A DNA stretch of 64,000 nt from an uncultured delta proteobacterium (GCA_963771465.1 CAVYTU010000005.1:32001-96000), one strand, 5' to 3'. Positions 50,644 to 61,004 are shown, counted from the first letter of the stretch. Translations and numbers: made by a program. The notes: generated by a model from the sequence alone, not told the origin.

Positions 50644-53037
50644 TTGGCAGAAACAATCAGTCATGAATCCGCTCTCGGTCATCTTCGCGTCATCGAGCTT
50701 GGCGATATTCCGGCGTCCTACGCGACGCGGCAGCTCGCCGATCTCGGCGCCGATGTGATCAAAGTCGAACCGCCGGGCGGCGATCCCAATCGGCTGCTGC
50801 CGCCCTTCGCCGGCAACATCGAGCATCCCGAGCGCAGCCTGACGTTCATCAACGCGAATACCAACAAGCGTAGCATCGTCCTTGACCTCGAGCGTGAGTC
50901 GGATCGGGAAACTTTTTCGAAATTACTTGCGTCAACCAATCTGTTTTTCGAGGCGACGCCGCTTGGCTATTTGGAAAAGTTCGGTTTCAACGACGAAAGC
51001 CTAAGCAAAGACTTTCCCGGATTGGCCATCGTTTCGATCACGCCCTTCGGCCGCACAGGTCCCTATCGTCACTATAAAGGCAGCGACGCCATCGCCAACG
51101 CCGCCGGCGGATTTCTTTACGGCCAGGGGGATAACAACAAAGGCCACTGTACGGCGCCGAGCCATCTCGCTTATCAGATGGCCGCCACCATGGCGGCATG
51201 GTTGGGCCTCGCCGCGCTGCGTCATGCGCGCGTCACCGGCGCCGGACAGCGCATCGACATCTCGCTGCAGGAAGCCTTGACGTTCGCCAACAGCAGCAGC
51301 ATCGCGCGCTATTCGCGCGAGAACCGTTTGGAGCGGCGCCCCGGTGCCAAAGCATCCGGCGGCGCCGGGACGAATATTTATCGCTGTAAAGATGGCCGCT
51401 ACGTGCACTTCACCACCAACATGCCGCATATGTGGAAAGAGTTTGCGCAAAACTGGATGACCGACAAAAAGCTCGCCGGACCGGAGTGGGAAAACCCGCG
51501 CTACCGCGACGCGCATGCGGCGGAAGTGGCGCAAGGGTTCGCCGAGTTTATCGGCCAGTTCAACGCGGATGATTTCGCCAACCAGGCGCAAGCGCGCCAC
51601 CTCGCCGCCGCGCCGCTCAACACCATCGGCCAGTTCGTCGACTGCGAGCAAATCCGCGCGCGCGGGTGGATGCAGGAGATCGACCATCCGGTGATCGGCA
51701 AGTACAAAGCGCCCGGCGCGCCCATGCGCTTGTCATTGACTCCCATGCGCGTGCGCCGGCCGGCGCCATTGCTCGATCAGCAGCGAAACGAGATTTTGCT
51801 TGAGCTTGAGAAACAGCTAGCCAATAGCGCGAAAGTAAACGGTGAAAATGCTCGCGCTCCAATGCTTGCGGGTCTGCGCATGGCCGATTTGACGCAGCAA
51901 TTCGCCGGACCGCTGGGAACCGAATTACTCGCTTACTATGGCATGGAAGTGGTGAAGATCGAGACTGGCACGATTGCGAGCAAAGAGCGCGAGGCGGCGG
52001 TGCATGCGTGCATGAACCGGGCGAAGCTCGGTTGCACGGTCAATCTGCGCAATGCCGAAGGTAAAGAATTATTTAAGCAGTTGGTGGCTAAGTCCGATGT
52101 CGTGGTCGACAATTTCAGCTCCGGTGTGCTTGAACGATTAGGCTTCAGCTTCGATGTTTTGCAGCAGATCAATCCTGGCATCGTTCAAGCCGTGATGCCG
52201 GGTTGGGGTCTGACCGGGCCGCTAAAAAGGTGGGTCGCCTGGGGTTGGCAGCTGCTCGCTTACACCGGCATCATGCGCTTGTGGGGTTATCCCGACTCGC
52301 CCATGGAAACGCGCTGCAAGATCGCGTGGCCCGACCGTGTGGGGTCGGTGACGATGGCGCTTGGCGTCCTCGCCTCGTTGGAATATCAAGCGCGTACCGG
52401 CAAAGGACAATTCATCGAGGCCGGCATGCTCGAAGCGCAGGGCGCGATGATGGGGCCGGCGATTCTCGATTATACGGTCAACGGCAATGACTGGGATGCC
52501 ATGGGTTACGGCGAAATTCTCGGCCAAGTTTATGCGCCCTATGGTGTGTATCCGTGCAGTGGCGACGACAGTTGGATCATCATCGCCTGTGCGAGCGATG
52601 AAGAATGGCAGAGCATGGTCGGCAGGATCGGCAGATCGTCTTGGGCCGCCGACGCTAAATTCGCCACCAAAGCGGGCCGCGCGGAAAATCGTACGGAGCT
52701 TGATCAAAACCTTTCTCAGTGGACGCGCAAGTGCACGGCGAAGCAAGCCTTTCGGTTGCTGCAAGAGTCCGGCGTCGCCGCCGGAATTCCATCTTCCGGT
52801 GAAGACCTCTTTCACGACATCCACCTGCGCGCTCGCAGCCACATCGTCGAGACCGAGGCCCAACCTTGGGGCAAGATCACCCATCACGGCTTGCCGGGAA
52901 TTCCTTCTCTGTCCGTGGCCAATGCTGCTAGGGCTGCGCCGTGGATTGGCGTGAACAACGATCAGGTGTTTGGCGAGATACTCGGTTTGAGCACCGAGAC
53001 GATTGAGGAACTGAAAGCGCGCGAAGCGATCAAGTAG
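50644..53037 (+). CDS. Family III CoA-transferase, two fused CaiB/BaiF domains
   Basis: LADLGADVIKVEPPGG, NKRSI.LDL; second domain G.EVVKIE, WPDRV. Confidence 0.9.
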   Translation: MAETISHESALGHLRVIELGDIPASYATRQLADLGADVIKVEPPGGDPNRLLPPFAGNIEHPERSLTFINANTNKRSIVLDLERESDRETFSKLLASTNLFFEATPLGYLEKFGFNDESLSKDFPGLAIVSITPFGRTGPYRHYKGSDAIANAAGGFLYGQGDNNKGHCTAPSHLAYQMAATMAAWLGLAALRHARVTGAGQRIDISLQEALTFANSSSIARYSRENRLERRPGAKASGGAGTNIYRCKDGRYVHFTTNMPHMWKEFAQNWMTDKKLAGPEWENPRYRDAHAAEVAQGFAEFIGQFNADDFANQAQARHLAAAPLNTIGQFVDCEQIRARGWMQEIDHPVIGKYKAPGAPMRLSLTPMRVRRPAPLLDQQRNEILLELEKQLANSAKVNGENARAPMLAGLRMADLTQQFAGPLGTELLAYYGMEVVKIETGTIASKEREAAVHACMNRAKLGCTVNLRNAEGKELFKQLVAKSDVVVDNFSSGVLERLGFSFDVLQQINPGIVQAVMPGWGLTGPLKRWVAWGWQLLAYTGIMRLWGYPDSPMETRCKIAWPDRVGSVTMALGVLASLEYQARTGKGQFIEAGMLEAQGAMMGPAILDYTVNGNDWDAMGYGEILGQVYAPYGVYPCSGDDSWIIIACASDEEWQSMVGRIGRSSWAADAKFATKAGRAENRTELDQNLSQWTRKCTAKQAFRLLQESGVAAGIPSSGEDLFHDIHLRARSHIVETEAQPWGKITHHGLPGIPSLSVANAARAAPWIGVNNDQVFGEILGLSTETIEELKAREAIK

Positions 53038-53046
53038 TGTCACTTA

Positions 53047-53864
53047 TGAGTAGCAAAGGATCAGACCGATCCGACGGACACCGGCGGCTGAGGCCGAGCG
53101 GTGGTTACCGTGAGTTACGCAGCTTTCAGGTGGCCACGGTGATTTATGATGCGACAGCGTCGTTCTGTGACCGGTTTGTCGACAAGCGTTCGCGCACTCA
53201 CGATCAAATGGTTCAGGCCGCGCGCAGTGGGCGACAGAATATTGCTGAGGGTAGCAGAGCTGCAGCGACGTCTAGCGAGACCGAGCTGCGTCTAGTGAAC
53301 GTTGCGCGCGCTAGCCTCGATGAGTTGCTGCTGGACTATGAGGATTTTCTACGACAACGAGGAAAGCGTCAGTGGAGTAAAGACGACCGAGAAGCTCGCG
53401 AGGTGCGCGCTGTGGGATCCAAAAGAGATCGAACGGATCAGTCTGATCGGACCGATCCGACGGATCATTGGAAGGCTTACTGCCGCTGGCTCGATGCCGC
53501 AGATGCCGCGCTCGTTGCGAATACAGTGCTCTGTCTGATCCACCAGGCGAACTATCTGCTCGATCAGCAGATCGCTGGGCTGGAGCGCGGGTTTGTTAAG
53601 GACGGCGGCTACACGGAGAAACTTGCTGCCGCACGATTGGCCGAGCGGCAGCGACAGAAAAAAGATCGGACCGATCCGTCGGATCAGACTGATCAGTCGG
53701 GACTCTTAGTTAGCGCGCCAACCTGCGCGACTTGCGGCAAGACGATGGTCGTGCGCACCGCCCGCAAAGGGGAACTCGCCGGTTCGCAGTTTTGGGTTGT
53801 TCAGGTTATCCCGAGTGCAAAGCTACGCGACTGTTTGAAGAATCAACCTGAGGCAGCCTGTTAA
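53047..53864 (+). CDS. Four helix bundle protein with suffix domain and topoisomerase-type C4 zinc ribbon (frameshift ~53795)
   Basis: GGYREL.SFQ, RTHDQMVQAARSGRQNIAEGS, ARASLDELLLDYEDFLRQ, GGYTE.L; CATCG..M..R...FW(G)CSGYPEC. Confidence 0.9.
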
Positions 53865-53867
53865 AAA

Positions 53868-54752
53868 TCATGACACTTTCTTGGCCTTGGGTCCGAACGG
53901 TTCGGGTTGAAACGGCCCGTCGCGTTCTTGCAAGAATGCCGCGAGTCCGCCTTTTTTCTTGGCGTCATCGAGTCGTTTGTTGAACTCCTCGCGCTTGGTC
54001 AAGCGCGCCATCGCGGCCAGCTCTGAATTCATCGTCCAGGCTTTGCGCAGGCCCATCATTTCTAATCCCATGGTCGAGATCTGCAGGTTGATCTTCACCG
54101 TTTCCGGCGAAATATGCGCGATGCGATCGACGAATTGAAAACAGGTTTCAATCAACTGATCTTTGGGCACCACTTGATTGACCAGGCCGATGCGCAACGC
54201 TTCCTGGGCGTCGACATGATCGCCGGTGAGGGAGTAGCGTAAAGCATTTTTAAAACCGGCAAGAGCGACCCAAATGAAATCGGTGTTGGCGCCGTGGCGC
54301 ACTTGCGGCTGGCCGAACACGGCGTCGTCCGCGGCGATGGTTACATGGCAGGTGAGCGCGAGCCAAGAGGCCGCGCCGAAACACCAGCCGCTGACCGCGC
54401 CGATGATCGGCTTGGGAAATTGCCAGCGGTAAAGCTGGCGGCCCAAGATATCCTTGCGGTCGGCGTCGCGAAACTTGTTGTACGTTGCGTTGAGCGATGT
54501 GCCAGCTGGGACACCATAGGGCCACGCAGTGTCGGGATCGGAGTCGCCGATATCCTCACCCGCGGAAAACGCGCCGCCGGCGCCGGTAATGACAACGGCG
54601 CGAATCTCAGGATCTCCTTCAGCTTCGGCGAACGCGCCATCGAGCTCGTTCATCATGTCTTGATTCATCGCGTTCAACGCATTGGGCCGGTTGAGCGTGA
54701 TTAGCACCCCGCTGCGTTGTTTCTCATAAATTAAAGTCTTGTACTGTGCCAT
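53868..54752 (-). CDS. Enoyl-CoA hydratase/isomerase (crotonase) paralog 3
   Basis: ITLNRP..LNA, FSAGED, QPQVRHG. Confidence 0.9.
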   Translation of the reverse strand: MAQYKTLIYEKQRSGVLITLNRPNALNAMNQDMMNELDGAFAEAEGDPEIRAVVITGAGGAFSAGEDIGDSDPDTAWPYGVPAGTSLNATYNKFRDADRKDILGRQLYRWQFPKPIIGAVSGWCFGAASWLALTCHVTIAADDAVFGQPQVRHGANTDFIWVALAGFKNALRYSLTGDHVDAQEALRIGLVNQVVPKDQLIETCFQFVDRIAHISPETVKINLQISTMGLEMMGLRKAWTMNSELAAMARLTKREEFNKRLDDAKKKGGLAAFLQERDGPFQPEPFGPKAKKVS

Positions 54753-54778
54753 GTTTTCTTCTCCCAGTGTTGCTACGG

Positions 54779-54814
54779 CTTGAACGATTTGAACGTCTTG
54801 AACATTTTGAACGG
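54779..54814. repeat. 9-bp tandem repeat (TTGAAC x4)
   Basis: ttgaacgat ttgaacgtc ttgaacatt ttgaacgg. Confidence 0.75.
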
Positions 54815-54822
54815 GCGATTTC

Positions 54823-55701
54823 TCAATCGCGCTTCTTTGACCGCGGCCCGAACGGTTCCGGTTGGAACGGTCCGTCGCGCATTTGTAAATATTCGCGAAT
54901 GCCTTTGTTGGCGCGGGCGTCGTCCAGGGGCTTGCGTAACTCTTCGCGCAGCATGACATGGGCTGGCGCCGACAACTGATTGTCCAACGTCAAGGCATCG
55001 CGCAGCCCCATCATGTCGAGGCCCAGGGTGGCGACCTGCAAATTGATTTTCACCGTTTCCGGCGGCACGTGGGCGATGCGCTCGACGATGCTGAAGCATT
55101 CGTCGATCAGTTGGTCGGCCGGCACGACTTTGACGACCAGGCCGATGCGCAACGCTTCTTGAGCGTCGATATGATCGCCGGTGAGACCGTAGCGCAGGGC
55201 GTTTTTGTAACCGCCCAACAACGTCCACATAAAGCTCGTGTTCGAGCCGTGGCGCACTTCCGGTTGAGCGAATACCGCGTTTTCCGAAGCGATCGTTATG
55301 TGCGTGAAGAGCGACAGCCACGAGCCCGCGCCCATGGCCCAGCCGTTGATCGCGCCGATGATCGGTTTGCCGAACTCCCACATGCGGCGAAAGTTGCGCG
55401 GATCGGCGCGCCAAGAATCGACCACGCTGGCAGCGGTTTCACCGGTGACGATGCCGTAGGGCCAGTGTAAATCTCGACGCCTCCCGGACGCGTTGCCTTG
55501 GTCCATTCCAGCGGAGAACGCCCGGCCGGCGCCGGTGAGCACGACGGCCCGCACTTCGCGATCCTGCTCGACGTCGTCGAGAGCCTGATGGATTTCCTTG
55601 ATCATGCTGCGGCTGATGGCGTTCATCGCCTCCGGGCGATTGAGCGTGATCAGCGCGCCGCCGCGTTGTTTCTCGTAGAGGATTTCTTTGTAGTCGGGCA
55701 T
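54823..55701 (-). CDS. Enoyl-CoA hydratase/isomerase paralog 2
   Basis: FSAGMD, QPEVRHG. Confidence 0.9.
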   Translation of the reverse strand: MPDYKEILYEKQRGGALITLNRPEAMNAISRSMIKEIHQALDDVEQDREVRAVVLTGAGRAFSAGMDQGNASGRRRDLHWPYGIVTGETAASVVDSWRADPRNFRRMWEFGKPIIGAINGWAMGAGSWLSLFTHITIASENAVFAQPEVRHGSNTSFMWTLLGGYKNALRYGLTGDHIDAQEALRIGLVVKVVPADQLIDECFSIVERIAHVPPETVKINLQVATLGLDMMGLRDALTLDNQLSAPAHVMLREELRKPLDDARANKGIREYLQMRDGPFQPEPFGPRSKKRD

Positions 55702-55720
55702 AAAACTCCTTCAGGGAATA

Positions 55721-55797
55721 ATTGGAGTACTGGAGTGATGGAGTTCTGGAGTATTGGGGTCCGGAACGCATCACTCCATCACTCCAACACTCCAATT
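55721..55797. repeat. 8-bp periodic inverted repeat (TGGAGT family)
   Basis: attggagtactggagtgatggagttctggagtattgg ... catcactccatcactccaacactccaat. Confidence 0.85.
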
Positions 55798-57975
55798 GAT
55801 TTCTGCTTCATCGCAATCTCCACCACAGCGTCGACGGCGACGACGCCTTGGCCTTTGCGGCAAGACGATCAGCGGATTGATATCGACGCCGAGCAGTTGA
55901 TCGCCGAGGCTGACGGCGAGGTTCGAGATGCCGACGATCGCATCGCACAGTGCATCGACATCGCCGGCCGGTTTGCCGCGCACGCCGCCGAGAATTTGAA
56001 AACCGCGCAGACGCATCAACATGTCTTGAGCCTGTTGGCGCGACAGCGGCGGGATGCCGACGGCAATATCTTTGAGCACTTCAACTAGAATGCCGCCCAA
56101 ACCACAAAGCACCACTGGGCCGAATAACGGATCGCGCTTGATACCGAGGATCATTTCGACGCCGTCGCCGGCCATGCGCTGGACGACAATGCCGTCGATC
56201 TTAGCGTTCGGCACGCGGCTTTTGACTTCGCTTTGAATGCGCGCGAACGCTGCTCGCACTTCGCTGCCATTGGAAAGGTTCAACGCGACGCCGCCGACAT
56301 CGCTCTTGTGCGTGATCTGTGCCGACTCGACTTTGAGGACGACCGGGTAGCCCATCTTGTCAGCGGCAAGCGCCGCATCATCGGCGTTGCTCGTGAGAAC
56401 CGTGGGCGCGACTGGGATGGCGAACTCTTTGAAGAGCGCAAACGCGGCTTCGGCGCCGAGCATTCCTGACGGCAGTTTGGCATGAGCTGTCGGCCTGGGA
56501 ATTTCGCCACCTCCGGTCAGCCGCGATTTCTGAAAGTCGTAGTAGTCGGCCAAATTTCTTATCGTCGCCGTGGCGCACTCGGCGCCTTCCATGATCGGCA
56601 CGCCGGCATTGCGCAACGGCTGAAGAATTTCCGGATCGACGGGACCGCCGACGACTGAACTGAAAGTTGCGATCGGTTTCTTACTCGCTGCCGCGGCTGT
56701 TTCGATCGCCAACGTGAAACGGTTGCCGCTTTTTAATTCCTTCGGCCTCGGGTCGTTGGCTTCGAGATTGATCGTGACGATGTCGATGTTGGCGTCGTCG
56801 ACCAACCCTTGAAGCAGGCGAGGAAAAATTTTCTCGTCGTCGTACATGGCGCCGGTGCCGTCCAGGGGATTGTTCATGTTGCCGAAGTCGGCGACCGCTG
56901 CTTGCAAGCTCGCTTTAGTTGATTCAGTCAGTTCGGGAACTTCGACGCCGACGTTGGCCGCAGCGTCGGAGACCAACGTGCACTCGCCGCCGGAACCGGA
57001 GAGCACACCGATGCGCCGTCCGCCGTGATATTTCTTGATGAAACCGTCGCAGGAAAAAACGCTGATGCTGTCGATCAATTCATTGATGCTGCGCACCGAG
57101 ACGATGCCGCCTTGGCGAAATGCCGCATCGACCACTTCCGCCGCGCCGGCCAGCGAGCCCGAGTGGGTGGCCGCAGCGCGCTTGGATACCTCGGAGCGGC
57201 CGCCTTTGAGAATGATCAACGGTTTATTATGTTCGGCGGCTTTGCGCGCCACTGCGAGCAAGCGTTCCGGCTGTTTGAAGCCTTCGACGAACACCGCGAT
57301 GACCCGCGTATTGGTGTCTTCGACGAAGTAGTTGATGTATTCTTCGATGGTCGCGCCGGATTGGTTGCCGCAGGAAATAATATGGCTCAGGCCGACGTGG
57401 CGGTTGAGCATGAGCGCGTTGGCGATGGTCGTGCTGAGTCCGCCGCTCTGCGAGATCAACGCCACCGAGCCGGCGAGAAATCCCGGCGGGATCGTCGAGG
57501 CGAAGAGCGGCGTTTTGCCATGAACATTCAACACGCCGTAACAGTTCGGTCCGCAGATGAGAAAGCCGCGTTCTTTGGACAATGCTTCGAGACGCGCTTG
57601 GCGAATTTTGCCTTCGCCGCCAATTTCTCCGAAGCCGGCGGCAAATACGACGCCAGCGCGCACGCCGGCGTTGGCGGCGGACTCCAACAGGTCGGCCACA
57701 TGGCGATTGGGCACCGCCGAGACCACGCAGTCGACCGGTTCGGGAATGGACGCGATGTCTGGATAGCACGGGAAGCCCATCACTTCGCTGTATTTCGGAT
57801 TGACCGCGACGATGCGCCCTTCGAAGCCGAAGTTTTTGAGATTGCGAATGACTCGGTTGCCGCGCGGCTCACGCGCCAGGTTAGCATCTGCTCCACGCTG
57901 CGATGCTCCGACGATGGCGACGGATTGCGGCGCGATGAGCGGCGTGAGATCGCGCCAGGAAGCTACGTCATTCAT
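55771..57975 (-). CDS. ADP-forming acyl-CoA synthetase (acetate-CoA ligase family); 3' frameshift
   Basis: SVAIVGAS, GPNCYG, SQSGG, THSGSLAG, HKSDVGGV, DPLFGP, DINP. Confidence 0.9.
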   Translation of the reverse strand: MNDVASWRDLTPLIAPQSVAIVGASQRGADANLAREPRGNRVIRNLKNFGFEGRIVAVNPKYSEVMGFPCYPDIASIPEPVDCVVSAVPNRHVADLLESAANAGVRAGVVFAAGFGEIGGEGKIRQARLEALSKERGFLICGPNCYGVLNVHGKTPLFASTIPPGFLAGSVALISQSGGLSTTIANALMLNRHVGLSHIISCGNQSGATIEEYINYFVEDTNTRVIAVFVEGFKQPERLLAVARKAAEHNKPLIILKGGRSEVSKRAAATHSGSLAGAAEVVDAAFRQGGIVSVRSINELIDSISVFSCDGFIKKYHGGRRIGVLSGSGGECTLVSDAAANVGVEVPELTESTKASLQAAVADFGNMNNPLDGTGAMYDDEKIFPRLLQGLVDDANIDIVTINLEANDPRPKELKSGNRFTLAIETAAAASKKPIATFSSVVGGPVDPEILQPLRNAGVPIMEGAECATATIRNLADYYDFQKSRLTGGGEIPRPTAHAKLPSGMLGAEAAFALFKEFAIPVAPTVLTSNADDAALAADKMGYPVVLKVESAQITHKSDVGGVALNLSNGSEVRAAFARIQSEVKSRVPNAKIDGIVVQRMAGDGVEMILGIKRDPLFGPVVLCGLGGILVEVLKDIAVGIPPLSRQQAQDMLMRLRGFQILGGVRGKPAGDVDALCDAIVGISNLAVSLGDQLLGVDINPLIVLPQRPRRRRRRRCGGDCDEAEINWSVGVME

Positions 57976-57989
57976 AATTTCCTACTGTT

Positions 57990-58013
57990 GCCTCAAGCCT
58001 CGTGCCTCACGCC
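57990..58013. repeat. 7-bp tandem repeat GCCTCnn overlapping stop codon
   Basis: gcctcaa gcctcgt gcctcac gcc. Confidence 0.55.
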
Positions 58014-58885
58014 TTCTTCTTGGCCCTCGGTCCAAACGGTTCGGGCTGAAACGGGCCGTCACGTTTTTGCAGGTAAGCTTTCGTGCCTTCGGTGGCGCGC
58101 ACTTCGTCGAGTGGGCGGCGGAATTCTTCGCGCAGCATCATGTGCGCCGGGATCGATAGCGTTTCGTCCATGTGGAGTGCGTCGCGCAGTCCCATCATTT
58201 GCAGCCCCATGGTCGAGATGGCGAGATTGATTTTCACCGTCTCCGGCGGCACGCGAGCGATGCGCTCGACGATCTGAAAACATTCTTCCAGCAACTGATC
58301 GACGGGGACGACTTTGTTCACCAGGCCGATGCGATGGGCTTCCTTGGCGTCGATGTGATCGCCGACCAGGCCGTAGCGCAGCGCGTTTTTAAATCCAGCG
58401 AGCAGCGTCCACATGAAAGTCGTGTTCGAGCCATGGCGCACTTCCGGCTGGGCGAACACCGCGTCTTCGGCGGCGATGGTGATGTGGCTGTAGAGCGCCA
58501 GCCAGCAGCCGCCGCCCATGGCCCAGCCACGCACGGCGGCGATCACCGGCTTGGTCATTTCAAAGATGCGGATCAGCTTCACATCATCCATGGACCAATA
58601 GTTCATCAGGTCCGCCGCGCTCATGCCGGTCTGGATGCCATAGGGCCACTGAATGTCGCGGCGCCGGCCGGTGGTAGTCGCCTGATCGAAGCCGGAGCTA
58701 AATGCGCGCCCGGCGCCGGTGATGATGATGGCGCGTATCTCGGGATCGGCTTCAGCGTCGTCCAACGCGTTATGAATTTCCTTCAGCATCGGCCGGGTTA
58801 TGGCGTTGAGCGCTTCGGGCCGATTGAGCGTGATCAGTACGCCGCCGCGTTGCTTCTGGTAGATGATTTCTTTGTAGTCGGCCAT
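58007..58885 (-). CDS. Enoyl-CoA hydratase/isomerase paralog 1
   Basis: FSSGFD, QPEVRHG. Confidence 0.9.
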   Translation of the reverse strand: MADYKEIIYQKQRGGVLITLNRPEALNAITRPMLKEIHNALDDAEADPEIRAIIITGAGRAFSSGFDQATTTGRRRDIQWPYGIQTGMSAADLMNYWSMDDVKLIRIFEMTKPVIAAVRGWAMGGGCWLALYSHITIAAEDAVFAQPEVRHGSNTTFMWTLLAGFKNALRYGLVGDHIDAKEAHRIGLVNKVVPVDQLLEECFQIVERIARVPPETVKINLAISTMGLQMMGLRDALHMDETLSIPAHMMLREEFRRPLDEVRATEGTKAYLQKRDGPFQPEPFGPRAKKKA

Positions 58886-58902
58886 GGGAATTCCTCGGTC
58901 GG

Positions 58903-58957
58903 GATTGGAGTAAGGGAGTGATGGAGTATTGGCTGGTAAAGAGGCCCATCACTCCAG
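58903..58957. repeat. 8-bp periodic inverted repeat (TGGAGT family)
   Basis: attggagtaagggagtgatggagtattgg ... ccatcactccag. Confidence 0.7.
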
Positions 58958-58964
58958 TCTTCGT

Positions 58965-59987
58965 TCATCGATACTCGCCTTCGTACAGGCTTTTGATAAA
59001 ACCGCTCGCTTCGATTTCTCTGATGACGCTTTCGTCAACGAAAAGTCTGGCGTCGGCGCCGCGCGCCTTGGGCTCTGTTGCGGCGATGAATTCGAGCGAG
59101 GTTTCCACCGCCTTGGGCGTGGCGTAGAGCGTGGGGTTGTAATATTTTGCCGCTAGAAGATTGTACGATAATTCAAGATACTTCAAATCTTTTTCCTGGG
59201 CCGACTGGATGCGCAGTTTCTTTTGCAGCACTTCGAGACTTTCCTTTTTATGTTTTTTGAAATAAGCGACGCCTTCGATCAGACCTTTACCGAAGCGGAT
59301 CGCCTGGGCCCGGTTGGCTTTCAAATAGCTGCGGGTGGTATCGACGGAGTTCTGCAAATAATAAATGTCCATCTCGGCGGGATCGGCGAGGGTGCGAAAG
59401 CCTCTCTCCTCGGCGACGAAGAACGACGGCATGGTCAGCACAGCCGCGTCACAGCCGCCTTTTTCCAAGCTGGCAAACATCGCCGGTGAAGCTTCAAGTT
59501 GGATGAGCTGAAAGTCTTCCGGGCGCATGCCCCACTTTTTGACGAATAGCTGGAAGGCCCAATGACCGGCGGAGCCGAAACGCGTGATCGCCACTCGCTT
59601 GCCTTTAAGCTCCGCCGGGGTTCGTATATCCGGCCGCGAGATCAAACGCTGCAAGCCGCGGTTCATCGGCGAGAATGCGAGCACGGTGTCGGCGCCGCGT
59701 AGTGCTGCACGGATCACCGCATCGCCGCCGCCGACGGAAAACTGGATCTCGCCGGCGAGCAGCGCGCTCACCACCCGCGACGCGCCGCCACCGATGAAGA
59801 TCATTTCGACGTTGGCGCCGTGTTTTCTAAACAGTCCTTTTTCTTCGGCGACCCAGATGCTGCCCGAAGTCGCGCTTATCGAGCTCAAGCCGACGCGTAT
59901 TCGCTCCTGCGCGCCGATCGGCTGAAAGGTCCCGAAGAACGATGATGGCCAGCAACAAACATTGAAAAGTCTGTAACGCATCGGCAA
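58965..59987 (-). CDS. NMT1/SsuA-like ABC substrate-binding protein
   Basis: WVAEEKGLFRKHG; close paralog of 27957-28964. Confidence 0.9.
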   Translation of the reverse strand: MPMRYRLFNVCCWPSSFFGTFQPIGAQERIRVGLSSISATSGSIWVAEEKGLFRKHGANVEMIFIGGGASRVVSALLAGEIQFSVGGGDAVIRAALRGADTVLAFSPMNRGLQRLISRPDIRTPAELKGKRVAITRFGSAGHWAFQLFVKKWGMRPEDFQLIQLEASPAMFASLEKGGCDAAVLTMPSFFVAEERGFRTLADPAEMDIYYLQNSVDTTRSYLKANRAQAIRFGKGLIEGVAYFKKHKKESLEVLQKKLRIQSAQEKDLKYLELSYNLLAAKYYNPTLYATPKAVETSLEFIAATEPKARGADARLFVDESVIREIEASGFIKSLYEGEYR

Positions 59988-60197
59988 TCTCCATTACAGA
60001 ATATCTTTTAACTAGTAGATGGCGTGGTTGGGCGTCAAGGGAATTGTATGAAAATTCTCGATTTCTAGGCGTTGCTTCCCGTATTGGCCGCTCTTGGCAT
60101 AACGCTCGAACGGCGCCTGAGTGAACAAATCGATGGTCGCTTCTTGCCAACGAAGTTCGCGTCAACTATGCAAAGTGTAGTGAATCGGGAGAAACCC

Positions 60198-61004
60198 GTG
60201 CCGAAGCTTAAAGTAAACGACGTCGAAATCTACTACGAAGAACACGGTCAAGGCCGGCCGATGGTTTTTTTGAGCGAGACCGCCTGCGACGGCGAAGTGT
60301 GGAAGATTAATCAAGTCGGCGAATTTTCCCGAGACCATCGCGTGATCACCTTCGACTACCGCGGCACCGGGCAGTCGAGTAAACCGTCGGTCGATTACAC
60401 CACAAAAATATTCTGCGACGATCTGGTTGGCTTGATGGATCATCTCACAGCCGAAGACGCCGTCGTGGTCGGTCACTCCATGGGTGGGCGAGTCGCGCAG
60501 TTGCTGGCGCTCGATCATCCGAAGAAGGTTCATAAGCTGGTGCTGGCTTCCACCGGCGCACATTATCCGCTGACCAAGGGATTGCCGCTCAAGATCATGA
60601 AGGAGATGATCGAGTGGGGCTACGAGAAATACGAACGGGAGCACACGATCTTGGTCGGTTGGACGGATGAATATATCAAGCAGCATCCGGAGAAGATCGA
60701 CGCTTACTTGAAAGTCAGGATGCACGATCTTTGCCCCGTAGAGTTTTACCTGCGCCACTTGATTGCGCGCCAGAGCCATGACACGAGCCAGCGGTTGAAG
60801 GACATCAAGCAGCCGACTCTGATTCTCGTCGGCGACGGCGACCAAAACATGACCAGCGAGATCAATCATCAGATGTCGTCGGAAATATTGGCGAAGGGGA
60901 TTGCCCACTCCAAGCTGGTCCTGTTGCCGAACGAGCGGCATAGCTACTTCTTCAGTAATCCCGACCTGGCGCACAAGACGATTCGGGAATTTATCACGGA
61001 TTAG
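60198..61004 (+). CDS. Alpha/beta hydrolase
   Basis: DYRGTG.S, GHSMGG; GTG start after GGAGA. Confidence 0.9.
   Translation: MPKLKVNDVEIYYEEHGQGRPMVFLSETACDGEVWKINQVGEFSRDHRVITFDYRGTGQSSKPSVDYTTKIFCDDLVGLMDHLTAEDAVVVGHSMGGRVAQLLALDHPKKVHKLVLASTGAHYPLTKGLPLKIMKEMIEWGYEKYEREHTILVGWTDEYIKQHPEKIDAYLKVRMHDLCPVEFYLRHLIARQSHDTSQRLKDIKQPTLILVGDGDQNMTSEINHQMSSEILAKGIAHSKLVLLPNERHSYFFSNPDLAHKTIREFITD

Noticed and set aside
50644-53037. Missing catalytic Asp in the first CoA-transferase domain
   Set aside because: One inactive half is an established feature of heterodimeric or fused family III enzymes
1311-55860. Numerous frameshifts (SCO, TIGR03032, surface proteins, TAP hydrolase, binding proteins, GST, prpD, ACS) as programmed frameshifting or mass pseudogenisation
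   Set aside because: Single-base indels scattered through otherwise intact genes, with no shared slippery motif; best explained by long-read error. TIGR03032 copy 2 may still be a true pseudogene.
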